Below, one piece after another: positions 1-9,999 of a stretch of 64,000 bases of DNA. The stretch covers positions 309,830,335-309,894,334 of the forward strand of contig NC_052146.1 of assembly GCF_902713615.1 (NCBI RefSeq). The letters run 5' to 3'. This DNA is from Scyliorhinus canicula (Eukaryota). The stretch's first letter is position 1, and every line of letters begins with the position of its first letter. The notes under the pieces were generated by a model that had not been told where the DNA came from, did no database searches, and saw nothing but the letters and a program-made list of their open reading frames with translations. The translations under genes and the position numbers were made by a program.

Positions 1-37
1 CACCATCAACTCAAACGGAATGAATTTTCACACATAC

Positions 38-154
38 CGGATCGTTTTCTGAGACAAATTGTGACTAAAATTCCTCCAATTAGCACAGGCCCAGCAGCCA
101 GAATGACATAGACAGGTATCAGCATCGAAACTTGATCAGCTTGTGTTTCATTAA
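38..154 (-). CDS. Stalk + transmembrane exon of IgSF receptor gene A (phase 1-1, 117 nt): (x)NETQADQVSMLIPVYVILAAGPVLIGGILVTICLRKRS(x)
   Basis: Hand translation of the minus strand. Acceptor ttcctttcacag|TT at 154, donor TCCG|gtatgt at 38. About 25 uncharged, mostly hydrophobic residues followed by an RKR stop-transfer cluster, with an NET sequon. Not in the ORF track. Confidence 0.85.
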
Positions 155-189
155 CTGTGAAAGGAAATCACATGTTTCAGCCCAAAGGA

Positions 190-1260
190 AACAAATAGAA
201 CTTGCATTTAAAGAGGATCTGGGACACAATAACCTATCCCGAGGTGCTTCACAATCCTGATACCCAGCAAGATATGCAGCAACAGGGGGAGATGGTCAAA
301 GGAATGGGTTTCAAGGGGAATGTTAAAGGAGGAACGAGAGGGGGAGAGGTTTCGGGAAGCAATTCCAGAACTTTAGGATCCAGGCAGCTGAGGGCACGAA
401 TGCCAATGTTGGAGCGATTAAAATTGGGAATGGGGCAAGTGATCAGAATGGCAGCAGCTCAGAGATCAGAGGGTTATGGGGTTGGAGGAGATTGCAGAGA
501 TAGGGAGGAGTTAGGATGTGTAGGATGTGGGGCTGGAGGAGATTACAGAGATTGGGAGGGGTGGGGACATGGAGGGTGTGGGCCTGGAGGAGTTTACAGA
601 GGTAGGGAGGGGTGAGGAGTGGACTATGTGGGGTTGAGGGAGGTTACAGAGATAGGGAGGGGTGGGGATATGGAGGAGGTGGGCAGCAATGTAGCATAGT
701 GGTTATCACAATTGCTTCACAGCTTCAGGGTCCCAGGTTTGATTCCCCGCTGGGTCACTCACTGTGTGGAGTCTGCACCTTTTCCCCGTGTGTGCGTGGG
801 TTTCCTCAGGGTGCTCCGGTTTCCTCCCACAGTCCAAAGATGTGCAGGTTAGGTGGATTGGCCATGCTAAATTGCCATAAATGTCCAAAATTGCCCTTAG
901 TGTTGGGTGGGGTTACTGGGTTATGGGGATAGGGTGGAGATGTGAGCATGGGTAGGGTGCTCCTTCCAAGAGCCGGTGCAAACCCGATGGGCCGAATGGC
1001 CTCCTTCTGTACTGTAAATTCTATGAAAAAAAAATCTATGTGGGGTTGGAGGAGATGACAGAGATAGGGAGGGGTGAGGACATGGAGGATGAGGGGCTGG
1101 AGGAGATTACAGAGATAGGGAGGGGTGAGGACATGGAGGATTTGGGGCTGTGAGAGGTTACAAAGACAGGGAGGGGTGAGGACGTGGGGCTAGAGGAGGT
1201 TACAGAGATAGCGAGGGGTGAGGATGTGGAGGATATGGGGTTGGAGGAGAGGCCCAATCC
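190..1260 (+). repeat. Degenerate GA-rich tandem array (unit ~45-50 bp, ggaggagattacagagatagggaggggtgaggacatggaggat), likely amplified from an L2-type 3' fragment and split by a SINE
   Basis: Repeated ggagattacagagatagggagggg units at ~480-680 and ~1040-1250. The Gly-rich ORFs 202-615 and 1036-1257 are artefacts of this array. Confidence 0.55.
681..1025 (+). mobile_element. tRNA-derived V-SINE (HE1-like)
   Basis: tRNA-like head (gggcagcaatgtagcatagtggtt...ggtttgattcc), V-SINE core gggtttcctc..ggtgctccggtttcctcccacagtccaaagatgtgcagg and LINE-like tail gggccgaatggcctccttctgtactgtaaattctatg. Confidence 0.9.
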
Positions 1261-1282
1261 CTGCCTTATCGCTGTAAATCAA

Positions 1283-1504
1283 CCTAACCAAACCTTTGGA
1301 CAATAAGGGTCAATTTATCATGGCCAATCCACCTACCCTGCACAACTTTGGACTTTACGAGAAAACCGGAGGACCCGGAGAGAACCCACGCAGACATGGG
1401 AGAACGTGTAAACTCAACACAGACTTTCACCTGAGGTCTGAGTCGAACCCGGGTCACTGGCACTGTGAGGTCGCAGTGCTGAAAACTGTGCCACCATGTC
1501 ACCC
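1283..1504 (-). mobile_element. V-SINE copy (partial)
   Basis: Reverse complement of the same SINE core and head. Confidence 0.8.
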
Positions 1505-1780
1505 TTATAGACTAATGCTACCGATTCATACTAAGCTCCAATGTAATATATGTAAGTTTTCTAGTTCCATGTGTTCAGGAACGAAGTTGGGAACAATCTT
1601 TATTTGACCAAGTATTGCACAAAGAGGAAGTGTTACTTCATAGTGTTATAGTAAAGGGGCCTCTGGGAAAGAGTGATCCTAACACAATAGAATGATATAT
1701 TGAGTTTTTAAGTGATTTTGTCCAGGTTTAAATGTGAACAATCTATCCAGGGATGAGAGACAATTTGGTGAATATATGAT

Positions 1781-1963
1781 GGGTGGGATTTACCGACCAC
1801 TCCGCCGCATGTTTTCAACGGGCGGGCAGCTCGACAGCGGGATGTACCGTTCCCACCATTGTCAACAGGATTTCCCATTGACGGCACCTGTTGTCACCGG
1901 GAAGCTTGTGCGCCATCATGGGACTGGAATTCCCGCCGGCATGAACATCCGGTAAATCCCAGT
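1781..1963. mobile_element. Short MITE-like element
   Basis: Inverted termini gggatttaccg (1785-1795) / cggtaaatccc (1950-1960) around a GC-richer core. Confidence 0.55.
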
Positions 1964-2768
1964 GGATATACAAGCAATGAACAACATTTGAATGATTAAT
2001 ACATAATTTGCAACAAATATACACTGAACATAGATTACTTTCCAGAAACTTCTGCTCATGGCCACAGCAACCAAGTAGCTTGGCCCCCTATTCACCACAT
2101 TAAACATTCGCTCCGTCCACCACTGATACACAGGAGCAGCCGTCTGTACCATCTCCAAGATACACTGCATCAACTCACAAATACTCCTTCCACAGCACCT
2201 TCCAAAGCCACAATGTCTACCACCTTGAAGAACAAGGTTAGCAAATGTACAGGAATACCACCACCTGCAAACTCCCCCCTCAGGTCACACACCATCCCAA
2301 CTGGGAAATATCAAATCATTCCTTCACTGTCGCTGGGTCAAAATCCTGGAAGTCCCTCCCTAACAGCACTGTGGGTGTACCTACACCACATGGCATGCAG
2401 CGGTTCGAGAAGTCAACTCCCACCACCTTCTCCAGGGCAGTTTGGGATGGCACATTGCCAATAATGCCCACCAAATATGAATATGAAACAAACAGCTCGA
2501 GGTACCACATTGACAAAAACCTGAGTAAACAAAGGAGAGGGAGAAAGATAGAAACAAAGAGATGGAGAGAAACAGAGAAACATCAATGTATTTAAGTTCT
2601 GGAAGACAGAATCTTTCTGTGAGTAAGACCACATGAGTTCACACAGTCTATTTTCTAATGTGTTCCCTTTACCATTGGGGATTGTGATATTTATCACTTA
2701 CATACCTCCGATACAGTCATGAGTAAGTGGTGATTACTTCAGGATATTGATCTGGAAACTGTACTTAC

Positions 2769-2971
2769 TGGTTACATTCAGCTGTGATCCATTCCCATAG
2801 ATCTCTCCCCACACGGAGCAGTAATAGACGGCAGTGTCACTGGGCTGCACGTTGCTGATTGTCAGGATGAAGGTTTTATTGGCCGTGTCTCGGGAAGGAT
2901 GGAAACGCTCAGTGAAACCCGGACTCCGTTGTGTGTTGTTCTTTATATCATGTGTTAAAAACCCTCTCGAT
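2769..2971 (-). pseudogene. 3' half of a second VJ-type V exon (psi-V1): ...ERV/LTHDIKNNTQRSPGFTERFHPSRDTANKTFILTISNVQPSDTAVYYCSVWGEIYGNGSQLNVT
   Basis: DTAVYYC and YGNG motifs, intact donor ACCA|gtaagt at 2769, and 57 nt identical to the exon at 8043-8387. The 5' half is replaced by a Harbinger terminus at 2972, and an extra T near 2960 shifts the frame. Confidence 0.9.
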
Positions 2972-4334
2972 GGCCGGGATTCTCCCCTACCTGGCGGGGC
3001 GGGGGTCCCGGTGTACCGGAGTGGCGAGAACCACTACGGAATTCTCCGCACCTCTAGGGGCTAGGCCTGCGCCGGAGTGGTTGGCGCCCCGCTGACTGAC
3101 GCGAACGGCCTTTGGTGCCCCACGGACATGGCATCATGCGGAGGAGGAGGATACCTGCTCCTGGTTCCTGTCAAGGTCACCGCAGCCGACCTCAGGATCA
3201 CTCCAGGGTTCAAGCGGGGACCTGTGAGGCATTTCCCAACCGACAGCCCGCAAGTGAACCTGTGAAGTCACGAATGTCCGGTTTTCCCGCGCATCTAACT
3301 ATATAAACTTCAACCTGGACAAGGCCCAACAGGATGCCCGGGAGGTAGGATTCTCCGCTATGGCCGGGATACTCCAGATCCAGGGGGTAATAGATCACAC
3401 GCATGTCGACTGGCTCGCACCGGGGCATCACGGAGTTCCCTTCATCAACAGAAAGGGATTCCACTCCCTGAACCTCCAACTTGTGTGTGACCACCACATG
3501 GAGATCGTGCTCGTGTGTGCACACTTCCCCGGGAGTGTGCACGACAGCTGCATCCTGGGACAGTCAGAGATCCCCGACATCTTCGAGGGACACCCCAGGG
3601 TGAAGGGCTGGCCGTTGGGGGATAAGGGGTAGCCGCTGAGGGCCTGGCTAATGCCGCCAGTGCGGAGGCCGGAGACCGAGGCAGAGACCCGATAACGAGG
3701 CCCATGTGGCCACCCGGGCTGTCATTGAGCGGGGCATCGGACTGCTGAAAATGCAGTTCCCATTCATCGGCCGCTCTGGTGGTGCCCTGCAGTATACGCC
3801 CCGGAGAGTTGTCTGCTTTAGGGTGGTCTGCTGTGCCCTCCACATCCTGGCACAGAAGCGGGTTGACATGCTGGAGCTGGAGACGTATCATACGGCCACC
3901 TCTGAAGAGGAGGCGCTGGAACAGGAGGGGCTGGAGAACGGGCCCGGGGAGGACCCACACGAGATGGAGCACAGTCGGTGGTGGTGAGGGTCCAGCATGC
4001 CCAAAGGACCAGGGAGACCCTAATCCTTGCCCTCTTCACCTCAGGACAGAGGGGCAGCTGGATTGAGCTCCGGATGCCCCTGCGTCCTCTGGCTCTGCCA
4101 GACCTGGCAGCTCCCCACTGTGTGCACCATGGCGTTGATGCCCTCAGCAATGCCCCTCTGTGAGCGGGCCATTCTCTGCAATGCCTCGCCAATGTCCACC
4201 TGTCTCTGTGAATTGAACATGCCCTGCAGTGCCTCAGCAATGCCCACCTTAGACTGGGACATGGTCCACAGCACCTGGAAAAGGGCCACCTGTGTCTGGG
4301 ACATGCTGCCGAGGCTCTCAGCCACGGCCCTCAC
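2972..4334 (+). mobile_element. Truncated PIF/Harbinger DNA transposon: degenerate HARBI1-like DDE transposase (+, ~3130-3990) and convergent C-terminal part of a second ORF (-, ~4041-4334)
   Basis: Motifs GVIDHTHV, NRKGFHSLNLQ, PGSVHD, LGDKG and VIERGIGLLK match the Harbinger DDE domain. Tail-to-tail second ORF. Left terminus ggccgggattctccc. Contains stops and frameshifts, and the right end is lost. Confidence 0.9.
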
Positions 4335-4915
4335 TGATATTTCAGACCAGATGGATGGGGATGGAAAAGGGCTGGGAGTCGCACTACTGAGAATATCACA
4401 GCTGTACTGCGGGAGGACCCCTCAGAGGGCTCATACAGTGCGGCAATATGGGTAGAGCTCAGGAATAGGAAGGGTGCACTTACAATGTTGGGGGTTTACT
4501 ACAGGCCTCCCAGCAGCCAGCGGGAGATAGAGGAGCAGATATGTCGGCAGATTTTGGAAAGGTGTAAAAGCAACAGGGTTGTTATGTGCGTGATTTTAAC
4601 TTCCCCTATATGGACTGGGACCTCCCCTGTATGGACTGGGACTCACTTTGTGCTGGGGGTTTGGATGGGGCCGAGTTTATAAGAAGCATCCAGGAGGGCT
4701 TCATGAAACAAAATGTAGATATTACAACTCAGGAATGTGCTGTACCGGACCTGGTATTGGGGAATGAGCCGCTCAGGTGGTCAAAGTTTCAGAAGGGAGC
4801 ATTTTGGGAAGAGTGACCATAATTCAGTGGGTTTTGAGGTCCTGTTGGATAAATGTGAGACTAGTGCTCAGTGTGAAGGCTAATTATAACAATATTAGTA
4901 GGAACTGAAGAATCT
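4335..4915 (+). mobile_element. CR1/HER1-type LINE ORF2 fragment (APE endonuclease)
   Basis: LGVYYRPP, DFNFP and DLVLGNEP motifs with frameshifts. Confidence 0.8.
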
Positions 4916-4920
4916 AGATA

Positions 4921-5185
4921 ATAATAACCTTTATTAGTGTCACACAGCTATTAAGTTACTGTGAAAATCCTCGCCACTACGGCACCTGTTCGGGTAAACC
5001 GAGGGAGAATTCCGAGGGACGTATTTCTGGAATTTTGCAAGGAAACTGGAGCACCCGGAGGAAACCCAAGTAGGGGTAGGGAGAACATGCAGACTCCGCA
5101 CAGACAGTGACCCAAGCGCGGAATCAAATCTGGGTCCCAGGCACTGTTAAGCAACAGTGCTAATCAATGTGCTACTGTGCCCCCC
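4921..5185 (-). mobile_element. V-SINE copy
   Basis: Reverse-complement SINE core and tail (aataataacctttatt...). Confidence 0.8.
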
Positions 5186-5252
5186 TTGGGGCAGATGGTT
5201 GCGGGTTAATCAACATCTGGCATGAGGGAGGCTGTGATGCTCTTTGTGTTGC

Positions 5253-5600
5253 TTATTTCAGGATGGTTGGCGTAGTGTTCACAATAACCACAAAATAGCT
5301 TGAACTTAAACAAAGCTGTAAATTTATTCACAATACTAACTTGTATTTGACACGTAAACAGTTGATGAATAACATTTAAACACACACATCTACAGCTAAT
5401 CTCACTATTGATATGAACTATGATCTGCTCTCCCTTACACTATCTGTACTTCTGACTCTCTCTAGCTAACTCCTGTACACAATCCCACAAGGCTCAGCAC
5501 TACTGCCTGAAATAGTTGTAACCGTAGCTCCCTCTAGTGGCGACTCGAGACACTTCATAAACTCTTGCAGTTCTTACAGATATGATAATACCACAGGAGG
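5253..5600 (-). mobile_element. Solo-LTR-like element
   Basis: Similar to the LTR-like segment at ~44830-45180. AATAAA on the minus strand and a CTCF-like motif. Confidence 0.45.
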
Positions 5601-6885
5601 ATTTCAAATGTCAGTTACTAGGAATTCAGGATTGGTTTCGGCATGTTCCTGTGAGGAAGAAACATAAGGATGGCAAGTTTCGGGAACCCTGGAAATTGTG
5701 AGGCCAGTCCAAACGCAGAAGGAAGCAATTGTCAGGGTGAGAAGACTGGGAACAGACAAAGCCAGTGAGGAATATAAGGAAAGTAGGAAGGAACTTAAAA
5801 AAGGAGTCAGGAGGGTTTAAAGGAGTCACTGACAAACAGGTTTCAAGGAAGATTCAAGGCTTTTGTCCGGATATGCTCTCTGAATGGAGCAAAGGTCAAT
5901 GGGCGGGGTCCTGAATGAGTTCATCAGCATTCATCAAAGACAAGGACTTGGTGGATGATGAGACTGGGGAAGGTTGTGCAGATAGTCTGAGTCACATTGA
6001 GATCAAAAGGGAGGGAGGAGGTGATGGGCACCTTGAAAAACATTACGGTCGATACGTCCCCAGGACCGAATGAGACCTACCCCAGAATACTGAGGGAGGC
6101 AACGGAGAAATTGCTGGGGCCTTGACAGAAATCAATGTATTCTCACAGGCTACAGGTGATGTCCCAGAGGACTGGAGTATAGCCAATTTTGCTCCTTTGT
6201 GTAAGAAGGGCAACAAGATAATCCAGGAAATTATAGACCGTTGAACCATTCGTGAATGGTAGGGGAATTATTGGAGAGGATTCACTCCCATTTGGAAGCA
6301 AGTGGACGTATCAGCGAGAGGCAGACTGATTTCGCCAAGGGGGGGAGGGGGTCATGTCTCACTAACTTGATTCAGATTTTTTAAGGAATAAATGAAGATG
6401 ATTGGTTAAGGGAGGGCAGTGGAAGCTGTCTACATGGACTTCAGTAAAACCATTGACAAGTTCCCTAATCGCAGACTGGGACAGTAGGTCACGTGACGTG
6501 GGATCAGAGGTGAGCTGGCAAGATGGATACAGAACTGGCTCGGTCACAGAAGACAGAGGGGAGCAGTGGAAGGGTGTTTTTCTGAATAGAAGATTATTTG
6601 CTGTTTGGAGTACATATAAATGATTTGGAGGAAAATGTAACTGGTCTGATTAGTAAGTTTGCAGACGACACAAAGGTTGGTGGAATTGCGGATATCGATG
6701 AGGATTGTCAGAGGATACAGAAGGATGGAGATCGTTTGGAGACTTGGACAGAGAGATGGCAGATGGAGTTTCATCCAGATCAATGTGAGGTAGTGCATTT
6801 TGGAAGGTCTGATATAGTTGAGAAATAAAGAGTAAATGGCAGAATCCTGAAGAGTATTGACAGGCTGAGGGATCTGGGGATCCCT
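5600..6885 (+). mobile_element. CR1-type LINE ORF2 fragments (RT region)
   Basis: INDLEENVTGLISKFADDTK and ERWQMEF motifs, with many deletions. Confidence 0.85.
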
Positions 6886-6959
6886 ATTGGTCAGAGTCAT
6901 CACTCCTGATGTGAAGTCTCCTCCCCACACAATCCATGCTCATTTCACACACACATTCT

Positions 6960-7545
6960 CAGCAACCGAGCCATTTCTTTGTCTCCACAATCAAACCATC
7001 CATTCGACTGACTCTTGCTGCTGGCAATTGGGAGCCACCTCCTGCCCACTGCCAGCTCCTGATCCTGCAATCAGTCTTCACTCTCACCCACAACACTGGC
7101 ACTCCACTGATCAACATCATAACTGATATCTGTGTGAATGTGATGGCCACTGTCTATCCCGCCTCAGAATCTTTCACCTCTCCACTCTGTTTAACACCAC
7201 TGAGCACAGGTTCCTGTTTAAAAGTCTCTGATCCACATTCCAGCCCCTGGCACTGCTCTCTCACGGTCCCACTCCTGCTGCTCACATCATCCGCATTATA
7301 TCAGCACCAAAGGATTTCTCCTCCAGTGTCTGAATGATCGTCTCTGCTGTGTCCCCAGGGCACCATCCCTGGCTCCCTCCTCATCCTCATTTCACCCTCA
7401 GAAACCTGGTCAACATTCCCATCTTCACCATCACTCAGATCAGTCTCTCCACCTCCTCCATTGATCCCAATGTTCTTCCCACTCTCTCCAAATGTCTGTC
7501 CAACATTCGGACTCGGCTAAGACAAAGTTTCTGTGCAGCTCAGTA
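6960..7545 (+). mobile_element. Old L2-type LINE RT fragment
   Basis: TQISLSTSSIDPNVLPTLSKCLSNIR resembles the L2 RT segment after the catalytic motif. Highly degenerate. Confidence 0.45.
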
Positions 7546-7600
7546 AACAGCCAGACGGCACTAACCTCCCCAGACACCCCCTCAGGATAAAGCCAGAGAT

Positions 7601-7872
7601 GCACCTTAGCATTGTGGATAGCACAATCGCTTCACAGCTCCAGGGTCCCAGGTTCGATTCCGGGTGCTCCGGTTTCCTCCCACAGTCCAAAGATCTGCAG
7701 GTTAGGTGGATTGGCCATGAAAAATTGCCCTTAGTGTTGGGTGGGGTTACTGGGTTATGGGGAAAGGGTGGAGTTGTTGACCTTGGGTAGGGTGCTCTTT
7801 CCAAGAGCCGGTGCAGACTCGATGGGCTGAATGGCCTCCTTCTGCACTGTGAATTCTATGTAAATTCTATGT
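7601..7872 (+). mobile_element. V-SINE copy (internal deletion)
   Basis: SINE head, core and tail as at 681-1025. Confidence 0.85.
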
Positions 7873-8042
7873 GGAACTTTGGGGACTTGCTGAAGCTGAG
7901 CTCAGCTTCTTCCCCACAGTGAACCCATCAGTAAGATCACTTTACATCACCTCCTAGCTCTTCATCATCACAAACTCATCTCCAATTCACTCATCTGGAA
8001 GAGGTTATTGCTGTGGGTAATTGGAATGAAAACTCTACTTAC

Positions 8043-8387
8043 TGGTTACATTCAGCCGGCTTCCATTCCCATGGATCCATCCCTGCACTGAGCAGTAATA
8101 GACGGCAGTGTCACTGGGCTGCACGTTGCTGATTGTCAGGATGAAGCTGTTGGAGTCGATGTGTCGGGAAGGCTGGAATCGTTCAGAGGAGCCTGAATAC
8201 CGGGTGGCATAATTACGTTTATTGAGTGCTAAAATCCTCTCCCTCTGTTTCCCTGGCAGCTCCCGGTACCAATAAACATTTCTGTATCTCACTTTGGCGT
8301 TCTGCATGGTGCACTGTAACCGTGCAGTCTGACCCTCTGTGACATGTTCCACACTCGGAGACTGGATAAGGACTGGATCAGTCGCAC
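8043..8387 (-). CDS. Intact V-set Ig exon with germline-joined J-like strand (V2; phase 1-1, 345 nt): (G)ATDPVLIQSPSVEHVTEGQTARLQCTMQNAKVRYRNVYWYRELPGKQRERILALNKRNYATRYSGSSERFQPSRHIDSNSFILTISNVQPSDTAVYYCSVQGWIHGNGSRLNVT
   Basis: B-strand Cys, C-strand WYR, D-x-A-V-Y-Y-C and a GxG G strand. Acceptor ttttctctgaaag|GT at 8387, donor ACCA|gtaagt at 8043. Open frame (ORF track 8035-8352). Confidence 0.95.
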
Positions 8388-9251
8388 CTTTCAGAGAAAA
8401 ACAAAATCAGTGAGTTAAATTCTGAGCTGAAAGTTTGCTGTGAGTATTTAAAGGGACAGTCCAGGCAGTAGAAGTTCTGTGTTAAAGAGAGGAAACAGCT
8501 TCTGAGACTGATCTAGTTGTGTTAGTTTGTTAATGATTTCTATCCTGGGGGTTACTCTGTGCTGATCTCAGCAGTACAGATGTGTTGATATAATTGTGAA
8601 ATGCAATATTGTTCTCACACTGTGGAACAGCTCTCTCAAACACACTGACCTCTCCCAGTTAGTGTCTAAATGAATTCCTGGGATGTGGGTGTCGCTGGCT
8701 AAGCCAGCTTTTATTACCCATCCCTAATTGCCCTGAAGGAGGCGGTGGTGAGCTGCCTTCTTGAACTGCTGCAGTCCATGGAGATTGGAGCTATCTTTAC
8801 TGAACCAATAGTGGGAGAGTGTTTCTCACAATAGGAAGCAGGTTTGGGAATTAGATTGGGAAGTGTCTGCAACATTCGAAGAGACAGTCAGACATTTAAA
8901 GGGACAGGACCACCCCTCGGATCAACAGAACCACAGCCTTTTGGGTTTGTGAAAACTGAGGCCTCTCCACAGGTTGGGGTCCGGGGGGTCAGATTGGGAG
9001 GAATGGCGTCTCTATCCCTCCATTCCTCAGCGACTGGGATTTTACCAGCTGCTACTGCAACACGGTGGGCATGGGAGTGGGGGTAACTGAGAGAGATTGG
9101 AAATAAATCTGAGGGAGCCAAACCCCGTCCCTCCAACAGACAGTTTTAATATTGGTAAAGGGCACAGAGCCAGTGGGGGTCCCAGGAGAGGCAAATCGAG
9201 GGAAATACAGCTCAGGTAGTGGGTGAGTCAGTGGATCTCTCAGGAAGGTGT

Positions 9252-9546
9252 TGGGTGGCACAGTGGTTAGCACTGCTGTCTCATTCCGCCAGGGACCCGG
9301 GTTCAATTCCGGCCTCGGGTGACCGTGCGGTGTTTGTACATTCTCCCCGTGTCTGTGTGGGTTTCCTCCGGGAGCTCCGGGTTCCTCCCACAGTCCAGAG
9401 ATGTGCAGGTTAGGTGGCTTGGCCATGTGGGGGATTACCGGGATAGGACGGGGATAGGACAGGGTAGTGAGCCTGGGTGCAGTGCTCTGTCACTGCAGAC
9501 TCCGATGGGCTGAATGGCCTCCTTCTGCACTGTAGGGATTCTATGA
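9252..9546 (+). mobile_element. V-SINE copy
   Basis: gggtggcacagtggttagc head, V core and LINE-like tail. Confidence 0.85.
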
Positions 9547-9639
9547 TCCCTCTCCCATCCCAACTGTGGAAAGTTGGTGATGGGAGGGAGCAGAGAATCC
9601 AGCAGGAGAGGAAATGCCGGAAACACATGGGTATAAAAA

Positions 9640-9990
9640 AGTTTGTAATTCTCCGAAAGGCGGATTAATGGCAGCTCAGTTATCCTGCTGCCTGGTGGTG
9701 TGATTGCAATTCACATTCATTTGCATCTCATGAATACTCAATTTATCAGTAGCTCGTCAATATCCCATCAGGCCTTCCTATCGCGCATCACGCCAGCGGG
9801 AAATCATGTCGGCCTCAAAATCGATTGACAAAGAGGCATGAACGAGATGGACCTCAGTTCCCTCGAGACGTTGAAAAAATGAAATGAAAAAAGAAATGAA
9901 AATCGCTTATTATCACAGGTAGGCTTCTAACGAAGTTACTGTGAAAAGCCCACAGTCTACACATTCCGGCGCCTGTTCAGGGAGGCTTAT
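9640..9990. mobile_element. CpG-rich MITE-like fragment followed by a minus-strand SINE 3' fragment
   Basis: CpG-rich segment 9640-9870, then aaatgaaatgaaa...cgcttatt...ggcttc, the SINE tail also seen at 27455 and 29926. Confidence 0.5.
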
Positions 9991-9999
9991 ACGGAATGT

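Noticed and set aside
7915-7921. CACAGTG heptamer ~120 nt beyond the V2 exon
   Set aside because: No nonamer at 12 or 23 spacing and not adjacent to a coding end, so not an RSS.
155-8042. Search for a C1/C2 constant exon between V and TM (TCR-gamma or IgL locus hypothesis)
   Set aside because: No constant-domain motifs or separate J segments were found, and the interval is TE-derived apart from psi-V1.
9560-9726. Ig octamer (9719-9726) upstream of a leader-like ORF MCFRHFLSCWILCSLP (ATG 9628) near V2
   Set aside because: The octamer lies in MITE-like sequence and the only phase-1 donor (gttggg) is weak. The exon at 37234-37285 is a better leader, though this alternative is not formally excluded.
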